Shown here in pieces: positions 7,228-15,164 of a stretch of DNA of 15,292 bases (its first letter is position 1; every line of letters begins with the position of its first letter). This stretch comes from Candidatus Woesearchaeota archaeon (GTDB lineage Archaea; Nanobdellota; Nanobdellia; Woesearchaeales; SKGA01), in contig JAFGOT010000039.1 of the NCBI GenBank assembly GCA_016926395.1, forward strand, positions 1 to 15,292, given 5' to 3'. The notes beneath the pieces were generated by a model. That model worked only from the letters and a program-made list of their open reading frames with translations. It was not told the origin of the DNA and searched no databases. The position numbers and the translations under genes were made by a program.

Positions 7228-8160
7228 TTAGTTTATTTTTTGTTTACTTCTACTTATCAAGAATATTCCAAGTCCGCCAATCATAGCAGTTATTCCAAAC
7301 ACCACAATACATCTAGTGCAAGTTTCACAATCCATGACATCATCACTACAAGTTGGCTGAGCAACATATCCATTTAAATAATTATATTCTAATTGCTCGT
7401 CTACTTGCATACGAGTATAATAATTACAGTGAATTATACTAGCAACCAAAATCCCTATTAATGCAATTAATAACAATACTCGTTTCCAGTCAATTTTATG
7501 GCTAAAGAAAAATGTTGATTTAAGAAGCACATAAAAAGATAATAGTATTAAGATTGCAGCAGCAATTGAATCACCAAATCCAAACATTTTAATTTTGAAA
7601 ATCAAATATACTCCCATTGCAATCAACAATAGATTCATCAAATAAGATATTCCTTCTGTCAATTTAGCAGTTTTCTTTGTATATTTAAGTAAAGAGTTTC
7701 CAAATATTGCAAATAAAAGTGCAGGTACAAGAAGGGCTAATGAAAATGCTATTAAGTCAAATACCATAAATCCTCCACTTGCAAGAATTACTCCTAAATA
7801 TGCAAAAGAACAAGGATTTGCTGCAACTATCAATGCAAATATTAAACCAAATAAATAAGGGTTTTTTATCACAGGAAAATTTAATGGATTAATTTTATTC
7901 ATTAAAGCTAAAACTCCTAAAAAAATAAAGAATATTCCTATACCTAGATGAAATCCGAATTTTATTGATGAAGAAAATAAGTAAGAGAAAAACTGTGCAA
8001 TAATAAAAAATACAGTTACAAATACACCTGTAAATCCAGCTATTGCTTTCCAAGAAAAATTTTCTCCTGAAAATCGGTAAACTAAAGCAGGTAGTAAAAT
8101 AATCACGCAAGGCGTAAAAGAAGCTACTAAACCCAGCAAAAACGCACTAATTACACCCAT
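7228..8160 (-). CDS. CcdA/DsbD-like transmembrane thiol-disulfide electron transporter with three extra TM helices and a Cys-rich loop
   Basis: Two PC motifs at the CcdA positions (SFTPCVIILLP, AANPCSFAYL) in a ~6-TM hydrophobic core, followed by an extension containing HC...CSDDVMDCETCTRC. I prefer ATG 8160 over TTG 8178 because TTTTTAAA (8193-8186) ends 26 nt upstream. Confidence 0.75.
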   Translation of the reverse strand: MGVISAFLLGLVASFTPCVIILLPALVYRFSGENFSWKAIAGFTGVFVTVFFIIAQFFSYLFSSSIKFGFHLGIGIFFIFLGVLALMNKINPLNFPVIKNPYLFGLIFALIVAANPCSFAYLGVILASGGFMVFDLIAFSLALLVPALLFAIFGNSLLKYTKKTAKLTEGISYLMNLLLIAMGVYLIFKIKMFGFGDSIAAAILILLSFYVLLKSTFFFSHKIDWKRVLLLIALIGILVASIIHCNYYTRMQVDEQLEYNYLNGYVAQPTCSDDVMDCETCTRCIVVFGITAMIGGLGIFLISRSKQKIN

Positions 8161-8239
8161 AATAAAGAAACAATCCAATCTCTAATTTAAAAACTTTGTT
8201 GAACTGTGATAAAGAAAACAATATATATTCACAAATTAC

Positions 8240-8253
8240 AAAAAATAAAAAAA
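8240..8253 (-). terminator. Oligo-T archaeal terminator of alaS
   Basis: Minus strand TAA-TTTTTTTATTTTTT directly after the stop codon. Confidence 0.6.
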
Positions 8254-10818
8254 TTAAAGAGACTCTTTGAACTGGTTTAATTGTTCTTGGAATTTCTTTA
8301 TTGTTTTAACAACATGTTCAGGTTGTGTTTTTAGAATTCTTGCTGCTTCAACAAGAACATCACCTTCAAACACCTCTTCACTTTTCAAATCAAAGTCAGC
8401 CAATTCTAATTTTTTCTTCTTAGCTTGTTTCCATTTGGTGAAGAGTTCTTCACAACGCCCAGGAATTAATGGCGATGCACAGTCAAGTAAGTTTCCAGCT
8501 TCAGCAACTATATCTTCAACCTTTCCACTCTCAGCTTTTGCCGCATTTCCGGCAGTGAATTCTATTCGTACAATTCCATCTTGAACTTTTGTGCTTTTTA
8601 GAAGTTTTATAGATTCAGCCTCAGCAGTTGAGTTTAAATGAGTTCCGCCACAAGCTTCAATATCAAAACCTTCAATTGCTACAACTCTTATTTCTTGTCC
8701 AGGAACTGCCCCTCCTTGATATAATCTAAAACCATATCGTCGTTCAGCTTCATCTCGTGGTAAGAGTTCTTTTTTCACCAGAAGATCTGCTTCAATAATC
8801 TCGTTTGCTTTATCTTCAATTAATCTCATTTCTTCATCAGTTAAAGCTTCATAGTGAGTTATATCAAGCCGTCCTTTCTCTAAAGTTTTACTTGCACCTG
8901 CTTGCCAAATATGATTACCTAAAATCGCTTTTGCAGCCCCATTAATAATATGTGTTGCAGTATGGTGTTGAGTTAACTGTTTTCGACGAACCATATTTAT
9001 TTCGCCTTTAATCTCATCACCTACTTTAAAGTCAACACCTTCAACTAAATGAAGAACATAACCATTTTGTTTTATACAATCCAAAAGAGGAACACAACAA
9101 ACACCATTACCAGGTGCATTAATTAATCCTAAATCATGAAGTTGACCTCCACTTGTCGGATAAAATGCGGTTTTATCAAAAATTAAGTATTTACTTTTTT
9201 CATCTCGTCCAGGAATTACTTGCAATATTTTTGCTTTAAATTCATCCAAATTCCAATCATCATAATACAAAATTTCTGTTTTTGGAAGTGTTTCATCTAC
9301 TGGAAGTTTATCTGTTTTTCTTGTTGCAGTTGCTTGTTCAGTAGATTCATGTTTCTCTGCTACTAAAGCATAGAAATTATCAGGAATGACTAATTTTAGT
9401 CCTAACTCTTTTGCAGCTTTAACAAATTCTTCAGGCGTTATTCCTTGACTATCATAAAATTTGATTAAGTCATCAATACTTGGGAGACCTTTTTTTAGAA
9501 CTTGAGTTATTTGTTGTTTGTTTCGTTTTCTTCCTTCGATAAATTTTCTTTTTTCCGATGCTAATATTTTTTCTACGTCAGGAAGTGCATCTTCTAGTTC
9601 AGGAAATAAATCACTTAATTCTTCAGCATGCCACCTGCATACTTCAAATAAATCAACATCCCAATTAAATTTCTCTATAAATGACAACGCTCTACGTAAA
9701 ATTACTCGCAGATTATAACCGCCACCAACATTACTTGGAAGACCACCATCACTTAATGCTAAAAGTAGGGATCGAGAGTGCTCCGCTATTGAATAAATTG
9801 CAGTCATTGGTTCAAGTTTTTCTCTTAGAACTTCAACGCTTACATTCATTTTTTTAGCCACATCTTCCCAAGCTTGAGATATGTCTTCAACTTCATCTAA
9901 ATTTAAGTAAGCACCATGAGGCATATAACTTCGAATAAAATCTTCATCTTTTTCAACACCTGTTAGATCAACTAATCGATCAACAACATATGGAAAAGTA
10001 GCATCATAAATCGTTGGCGTTCCTTGACTAAACCAAGCGTTTCTTTCCATCCCCATTCCCATATCAAGAACTTTTAGAGATAAATCTTTAAAACCACCTT
10101 GTGCTTCATCATCTTGTTCAAACATCATATATACTTGATTTCCAAGTTCAACTCCTCGTGAGAAATATTCCATACAAGGTCCAAAGTTTCCTCCTCCAGC
10201 CCATGCGTCTTCATGAAAAGTAATTTCTTTTTTTGGAAGTCCAAGACCAACAGTAAGCCACTTCATTATTTCTTCAAAGGCCTTATTTTGATCCCATTCA
10301 TTTGGCGATACAAATTGGTGTTGTCCGATCATAACAAATCCAGTCAAATGACTCATAGTTATTCCAACATTATCTACATCTCCAAATCTCAAACAGAATT
10401 GAGGAATGACTAATTTTTTTGCAGGAGGTTTAGCTTCCCCACTAACCACAAAAGGTTGAAATGCAGCAATACTTGCAATTGTAAAGTCCATTGTAGGATT
10501 CCATCTTGCAATTACAGGAAATCTACTTATTGGAAGATAACCGTCTTTTGAGAATTGATCTTTAAAGTTGTCCCAAACCTGGGTGTAAGATAGTTTTATT
10601 GTTGCCGGATTGTCATCTAAGAAATTAAATCCTCCTTGACAGGAAGCATCTCCACATACTTCTTGGTCATCATTCACAGTCCAAAAATAAGTGGCGCAAG
10701 CACTACATTGTCGTCTTTTAAAACCTTCACGTTTTAGAACATCTGTTGCGTAGTACTTCTCAGGCTCTAAGGATGCTTTTTCTTTGAATTGTTTCTTTAT
10801 TACTTTATCTGGTAACAT
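8254..10818 (-). CDS. alaS: Alanine--tRNA ligase, archaeal type, with editing domain but without the C-terminal DHHA1/C-Ala globular domain
   Basis: Archaeal N-terminal Cys motif (RRQCSACATYFW...CGDASC), ARWN.....TIASIAAFQP, QFCLRFGDVDNVG, HEDAWAGGGNFGP, ELGNQVYM, LDMGMGMER, AEHSRS, DGGLPSNVGGGY, FYDSQG, FYPTSGGQ, editing HTATH and IEACGGTH. I prefer ATG 10818 (TATA ends 26 nt upstream) over ATG 10854, which abuts the TATA box. Confidence 0.97.
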   Translation of the reverse strand: MLPDKVIKKQFKEKASLEPEKYYATDVLKREGFKRRQCSACATYFWTVNDDQEVCGDASCQGGFNFLDDNPATIKLSYTQVWDNFKDQFSKDGYLPISRFPVIARWNPTMDFTIASIAAFQPFVVSGEAKPPAKKLVIPQFCLRFGDVDNVGITMSHLTGFVMIGQHQFVSPNEWDQNKAFEEIMKWLTVGLGLPKKEITFHEDAWAGGGNFGPCMEYFSRGVELGNQVYMMFEQDDEAQGGFKDLSLKVLDMGMGMERNAWFSQGTPTIYDATFPYVVDRLVDLTGVEKDEDFIRSYMPHGAYLNLDEVEDISQAWEDVAKKMNVSVEVLREKLEPMTAIYSIAEHSRSLLLALSDGGLPSNVGGGYNLRVILRRALSFIEKFNWDVDLFEVCRWHAEELSDLFPELEDALPDVEKILASEKRKFIEGRKRNKQQITQVLKKGLPSIDDLIKFYDSQGITPEEFVKAAKELGLKLVIPDNFYALVAEKHESTEQATATRKTDKLPVDETLPKTEILYYDDWNLDEFKAKILQVIPGRDEKSKYLIFDKTAFYPTSGGQLHDLGLINAPGNGVCCVPLLDCIKQNGYVLHLVEGVDFKVGDEIKGEINMVRRKQLTQHHTATHIINGAAKAILGNHIWQAGASKTLEKGRLDITHYEALTDEEMRLIEDKANEIIEADLLVKKELLPRDEAERRYGFRLYQGGAVPGQEIRVVAIEGFDIEACGGTHLNSTAEAESIKLLKSTKVQDGIVRIEFTAGNAAKAESGKVEDIVAEAGNLLDCASPLIPGRCEELFTKWKQAKKKKLELADFDLKSEEVFEGDVLVEAARILKTQPEHVVKTIKKFQEQLNQFKESL

Positions 10819-10843
10819 TATACTAAATTGTAACAATAGCTCA

Positions 10844-10851
10844 TTTTTAAA
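10844..10851 (-). promoter_or_regulatory. TATA box for alaS (divergent from TTTAAATA at 10884-10891 on +)
   Basis: TTTAAAAA on the minus strand ends 26 nt from ATG 10818. Confidence 0.55.
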
Positions 10852-10928
10852 CATTATTAATATTTTAGAGATATATAGAGAAATTTAAATACTAATTCTT
10901 AAAAAAATAGATGATAGGTGAACTTAAA

Positions 10929-11243
10929 ATGGGTTTTTTTCACAAAACAATAAAAGATGCTATGGAAAAGGCAAAGAATGGCGAATTAGAAGAAGCTAGA
11001 CTAATAATTAACGAACATCGAAATAAATTCTTAAAAGATGAAGAACTTGAAGAAGGAAACGAAGTTGAAACATTATTTTATTTAATTCGTGATTGGAAAA
11101 CCATTCTTGCAACTAAAGAAGATTGGGAACATTTACCTCAAGATAAAATGGTTGAATATCTCGATAAAATGGAAACTCACGTTATAGCTTTCAAAAGAAT
11201 TATGAAACGTATGCTTGAAGAAGAAGAAATCGTTCTTGAATAA
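10929..11243 (+). CDS. Hypothetical acidic alpha-helical protein (104 aa)
   Basis: SD AGGTGA at 10916-10921, 7 nt before ATG 10929 (ORF-track start 10911 contains the SD). TATA TTTAAATA at 10884-10891. Amphipathic helical pattern with no recognised motif. Confidence 0.8.
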   Translation: MGFFHKTIKDAMEKAKNGELEEARLIINEHRNKFLKDEELEEGNEVETLFYLIRDWKTILATKEDWEHLPQDKMVEYLDKMETHVIAFKRIMKRMLEEEEIVLE

Positions 11244-11245
11244 AT

Positions 11246-12427
11246 TTATTTTTTTGTTTTACTTTTTGATTTGTTTAAATCTGATTCTTCTTTAGCCTTA
11301 TCCAATTGTATTTCTCGTTCTAGTGCACGCCTTGCAGCCAAGTCTTTTCTCTTTTTTATCTCTTCTTTTGGAGAAGAATTTTTTGAAGAGGTATAAACAG
11401 TTCTTGTTGGGAAAGGAATTTCAATTCCATACCGTTCTAAAGCTAGATAAACATCTGTTGTCACAGAATCAATAATTGTGAATCTTTCTTTGTAATTTCT
11501 GATATAAAACAACAATTCAAAGTCCATAGAAAAATCGCCCATTTTTAAGAATCTAACTTCTCTTCTTGGTAAAGACAAAATATCATTCCTGCCTTTTAGA
11601 GTTTCTAATAAAACAGTTTTTACCAAATGAGGGTCAGTTCCATAAGCGACACTAACAAAAACACTAATTCTCATGGTTGCAGTAGGAAGTGCAAAGTTTA
11701 TGAAACGCGAATTTGCTAAAGTTCCATTTGGAACCATCAAATAATCATTATCAAGTGTTTTTAATTTAGTTGATCGTAAACTCATTTCAATTACTTCACC
11801 AACTTCTCCAGTGTCTAGTTGTATAACATCATGCTTTTTTATTGAGTTATCACTTATTAAAGCAATTCCTCCAAAAATGTTTTTCATCGTATCTTGAAAT
11901 GCAAAACCCAAGATAATTCCCACAATACCAATGGATGCAATCAAAGTTCCAACTTGAACTCCCCAAACTTGCAAAACAACAATTATTGCAATTATAGAAA
12001 TAACTATTTTAATCAGACTTTTCATCAAAGGCAAAACTTCATCATGAAAAGCACTATTTGATTCTCCTGAAACTCTTACTTTTTGCCAATATGTTATTAA
12101 AATATTTGCCACGCCTGTAAACATATAAGAGACCACAAACACAATTATGGTGATTATTAAGTTTTCAAAGAAATAAGCGGAAGTTATTATTTGTCTTGTA
12201 GCCAGAAGAAGACCAATTAAAATTACGATTATGATTATAGGATGTTCTATTCTAAAAACTATCTGATTATCTAATTTTGTTTTTGTTTTTTTAACTAATT
12301 TTTCAACGAAGTGTTTAAAGAAGTACAATAAGAACTCAGCGATTATTATTGCTAATACAAAAATTGCAGCAGCATACAAATAAGGATGCAGTGCTAAATA
12401 CTCGCCAACCCCCCCTAAATTAATCAT
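11246..12427 (-). CDS. mscS: Small-conductance mechanosensitive channel, MscS family (extra N-terminal TM helices)
   Basis: GVQVGTLIASIGIVGIILGFAFQDTMKNIFGG (TM3), GEVIEMSLRST, MVPNGTL, VSVAYGTD, FLKMGDFSMDFEL, GIEIPFPTRTV. TATA at 12460-12453. Confidence 0.95.
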   Translation of the reverse strand: MINLGGVGEYLALHPYLYAAAIFVLAIIIAEFLLYFFKHFVEKLVKKTKTKLDNQIVFRIEHPIIIIVILIGLLLATRQIITSAYFFENLIITIIVFVVSYMFTGVANILITYWQKVRVSGESNSAFHDEVLPLMKSLIKIVISIIAIIVVLQVWGVQVGTLIASIGIVGIILGFAFQDTMKNIFGGIALISDNSIKKHDVIQLDTGEVGEVIEMSLRSTKLKTLDNDYLMVPNGTLANSRFINFALPTATMRISVFVSVAYGTDPHLVKTVLLETLKGRNDILSLPRREVRFLKMGDFSMDFELLFYIRNYKERFTIIDSVTTDVYLALERYGIEIPFPTRTVYTSSKNSSPKEEIKKRKDLAARRALEREIQLDKAKEESDLNKSKSKTKK

Positions 12428-12488
12428 ATTATGTAAGTATACAAAAATCTAGTTTAAAAATGTTTATTGTCACGAAAGAATGAAGAAT

Positions 12489-12515
12489 TAAATAAAAATA
12501 AATAAAAAATACAAA
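12489..12515 (-). terminator. T-rich terminator downstream of rpl10e
   Basis: Minus strand ATTTGTATTTTTTATTTATTTTTATTT immediately after the TAG stop. Confidence 0.5.
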
Positions 12516-12516
12516 T

Positions 12517-13053
12517 CTATGCTTTAAACATAGGATTTGGTTGCACTTCTAAGAATCCACCAGAAGGGAATTTGTGTCGTGCTCGAGTTAATGCCAGTTT
12601 TGCTGTTGCAATATCTTTTTCTTGACATCCAACTTCTAAAATTGGTTGTCCTTTGTGCACTCGTGCTGCAATACCAACAGCTTTACCGAAACTCATTTTC
12701 ATACCAGTACTCATACGGTCTGCCCCTGCACCAGATGCAAGTGGGTTATTCCGTAGAATGTGGTGTGGATATACTCGGAATTTTAGTTTGTAACCTTTTT
12801 TCCCAAGTCTTGTTTCTAATAATCTGTTTGCTGATTTACGTGCAGATTCTAATGAATTGTGTCTTAATTGAATATCTACTGCGCTATTCAAAGTAACTAC
12901 GATTGGAAAAGGTTTTGACAATTCGCCCATTTCGTGTTTAACAACTTTATTAGTAGGAACTGCTCGTATAAAAGCTTTGGATCGGTATTTAGATTTCCGA
13001 GTGTATGGACGTTCAAGTCGTCGCCATGCACCAGCTCTAATTAGTTTTGCCAT
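12517..13053 (-). CDS. rpl10e: 50S ribosomal protein L10e/uL16 (archaeal)
   Basis: ERPYTR, QLRHNSLESAR, FRVYPHHILRNNPLASGAGADRMSTGMKMSFGKAVGIAARV, ALTRARHKFP. ATG 13053 preferred to TTG 13071 because TATA TTTATAAA lies at 13086-13079. Confidence 0.98.
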   Translation of the reverse strand: MAKLIRAGAWRRLERPYTRKSKYRSKAFIRAVPTNKVVKHEMGELSKPFPIVVTLNSAVDIQLRHNSLESARKSANRLLETRLGKKGYKLKFRVYPHHILRNNPLASGAGADRMSTGMKMSFGKAVGIAARVHKGQPILEVGCQEKDIATAKLALTRARHKFPSGGFLEVQPNPMFKA

Positions 13054-13078
13054 AGTAACGCCAAGAAACAATGTTTGA

Positions 13079-13086
13079 TTTATAAA
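13079..13086 (-). promoter_or_regulatory. TATA box for rpl10e (probably leaderless)
   Basis: TTTATAAA ends 26 nt before ATG 13053. Confidence 0.6.
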
Positions 13087-13201
13087 GCTTGTCCTTAGTA
13101 AATCAACTAAAAAGGTAATTGCTTAAAACTTCTTAAATTAGCTTTATAATACAATTCAGCGCAAGTACGTACAGTAGTGAATAAAATAACCACGCGAAAC
13201 A

Positions 13202-13209
13202 TTTATAAA
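13202..13209 (+). promoter_or_regulatory. TATA box for the 13234 membrane protein gene (possibly the whole 13234-galE-yigZ unit)
   Basis: CGCGAAACA (BRE-like purines) followed by TTTATAAA, ending 24 nt before ATG 13234. Confidence 0.6.
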
Positions 13210-13233
13210 ATAAAAATGACGAAATAGAGTCTA

Positions 13234-14205
13234 ATGACAGAAGTTAAGAGAAAAACAATAGATAAATTTGAAGTTCTAAGTGGAATGTTTTTGCTCGTTC
13301 TTTTAGGTTTAATCCTTGTTACAGCAGGCTTAAGCGGCGAACAAGTATTTTTGGTTGTAGCAGGCTTCTTCCCAACAATACTGACAATCTTAGTTTCCTT
13401 AACAATGCATGAAAATTATGCTCAAAGAAATAAAGTATTCTGGTTTATTCCGATAATAATTGTTGGCGCATTCTATTTTATTGGAACAGGCTCAACAGTT
13501 TTTGGTAATATTAACGTTGAACTATTAACAGGCATCAATCTAATCATATCTTTAATTTATGTTGCAATCGTATTTGGTTTGTTTAGTGAAAAACACATGA
13601 CCACATCATCAACAAAAGAACAAGCAACACAGCCAAAACATAAAGAAGAAACAATTGAAGATTTCATAAACTCTATTGAAGACAAATCCAAAGCGTTAAA
13701 TTTTGTTGTTGGACGAGTCTATAACAAATATCACGGTGGAGAGTTAAGTATTAGAGATAAACTTAGAATACCTGCTGAATGGTATAATGAGTTTTCAAAT
13801 ATTGGCGTTGGGACAAACAAAATTGATTTTAATAAACTTGATGAAATAATTACTAAGTTTGAACTTCAACTTAAAAATTTTGAAAAAACAGAATCCGAAC
13901 TTTTCAAAACAAAAGCTAATGCTCTAAAAAATCTTATTCGAGACCCTAATGGAGCTGATAAAATAATTGATGTTCTAGATCACAATGATAAAGATCCTGT
14001 TAGATCATACTATCAAGGCGCTCTTGATTTCTGTAAAAAAATCAGAGATTCAATGAAAGACCAAAAAATCAAACTAGTAAAGAACACATACATTCCAACT
14101 AAAGAAGAAGATATTGCAGAATTAAAAGAAAAACAAAAAGAAATTTCCAAATCAAACGGTCCAAAAGTTACTGTTGAAGAACCAAAAGGACCAAAACATC
14201 CTTAA
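13234..14205 (+). CDS. Uncharacterised membrane protein: 4 N-terminal TM helices plus a ~200-aa soluble C-terminal region
   Basis: Hydrophobic stretches at approximately aa 13-32, 38-58, 68-86 and 97-117. The soluble domain has motif-like segments IEDKSKALNFVVGRVY..YHGG, KLRIPAEWYNEFS and NDKDPVRSYY, followed by a K/E/P-rich tail. Confidence 0.85.
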   Translation: MTEVKRKTIDKFEVLSGMFLLVLLGLILVTAGLSGEQVFLVVAGFFPTILTILVSLTMHENYAQRNKVFWFIPIIIVGAFYFIGTGSTVFGNINVELLTGINLIISLIYVAIVFGLFSEKHMTTSSTKEQATQPKHKEETIEDFINSIEDKSKALNFVVGRVYNKYHGGELSIRDKLRIPAEWYNEFSNIGVGTNKIDFNKLDEIITKFELQLKNFEKTESELFKTKANALKNLIRDPNGADKIIDVLDHNDKDPVRSYYQGALDFCKKIRDSMKDQKIKLVKNTYIPTKEEDIAELKEKQKEISKSNGPKVTVEEPKGPKHP

Positions 14206-14222
14206 ATTAGAGGAATTCTACT

Positions 14223-15164
14223 ATGAACATATTAATTGCTGGCGGTGCTGGCTATATCGGCAGCATCGCAGTTAAAGAATTAATTAAACTCAAACACAAC
14301 GTAATCGTAATCGATAATCTTTCCAAAGGTAAAAAAGAATTAGTTGATAAGCAAGCTAAACTTTTCATTGGAGATCTAACAGACAAACTTTTTGTTCAAG
14401 AAATTTTTTCAAACAATAAATTTGATGCAGTTATTCATTTTGCAGCTTACAAAGCAGTAGAAGAATCAATGATTGACGCGCCAAAGTATTCTCAAAATAT
14501 TATTGGATCAATAAATATTCTAGATTCAATGGTTAAGTTTAATGTTCCTAAAATAATTTTCTCATCTACTGCAGCAACTTATGGAATGCCCAAAACAGAA
14601 ATAGTCAATGAAGAAACAAAAACAGAACCAATAAATTACTATGGTTTTACAAAACTTGAAATTGAAAATATTATGAAATGGTATAATAAAATCCATGGAA
14701 TTAATTTTATTGCTCTACGTTATTTTAATGTTGCAGGCGATGGTGGTTTAAAATATATTGATCCCGAAGCAAAAAACATCCTACCAATAATTATGGAAGT
14801 AATTACTGGAAAAAGAAAAGAACTCACTATTTTTGGAGAAGATTATAACACTCCGGATGGTACTTGTATTAGAGATTATATCCACGTATTAGATTTAGTT
14901 GATGCTCACATTAAAGCATTAAATGTCAAAGGCAACCACATAATCAACCTAGGTAGCAATAAAGGCTTTAGTGTTAAGGAATTAGTAAATGCCACTCAAG
15001 ACATTACTAAAAAAATAATTCCCTTAAAGAGCGGACAAAGACGTTCAGGCGATCCTGCTAAACTAATAGCTTCAAATGATAAAGCAAAAAACATTCTTGG
15101 TTGGGAACCTAAACACGACATCCAAGAAATGATTTCTTCCACATTTAACGCATATACAAAATGA
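14223..15164 (+). CDS. galE: UDP-glucose 4-epimerase
   Basis: GGAGYIGS, IDNLSKG, VIHFAAYKAVEES, FSSTAATYG, YxxxK (YGFTK), LRYFNVAG, FGEDYNTPDGTCIRDYIHVLDLVDAH, RRSGDPAKL, LGWEP. SD-like GAGG at 14210-14213. Confidence 0.96.
   Translation: MNILIAGGAGYIGSIAVKELIKLKHNVIVIDNLSKGKKELVDKQAKLFIGDLTDKLFVQEIFSNNKFDAVIHFAAYKAVEESMIDAPKYSQNIIGSINILDSMVKFNVPKIIFSSTAATYGMPKTEIVNEETKTEPINYYGFTKLEIENIMKWYNKIHGINFIALRYFNVAGDGGLKYIDPEAKNILPIIMEVITGKRKELTIFGEDYNTPDGTCIRDYIHVLDLVDAHIKALNVKGNHIINLGSNKGFSVKELVNATQDITKKIIPLKSGQRRSGDPAKLIASNDKAKNILGWEPKHDIQEMISSTFNAYTK

Noticed and set aside
7309-7331. CETCTRC as a c-type heme attachment site
   Set aside because: The heme motif requires CxxCH; the residue after CETC is Thr.
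7895-10413. Plus-strand ORFs 7895-8110, 8267-8584, 9518-9718 and 10213-10413
   Set aside because: Antisense shadows of the ccdA-like gene and alaS.
8254-10818. Split AlaRS as in Nanoarchaeum equitans, or a pseudogene
   Set aside because: One continuous frame carries the catalytic, tRNA-recognition and editing domains, with no internal stops or frameshifts.
11239-11250. Perfect 12-bp palindrome AATAAATTTATT at a convergent junction
   Set aside because: Explained by back-to-back TAA stop codons in AT-rich DNA.
12537-12896. Plus-strand 119-aa ORF
   Set aside because: Lies entirely antisense to the highly conserved rpl10e.
13165-13172. GTACGTAC palindrome and an extra TATA-like TTTATAAT (13143-13150) in the rpl10e/13234 divergent region
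   Set aside because: A single 8-bp palindrome with no second copy or structured RNA evident; compatible with chance.
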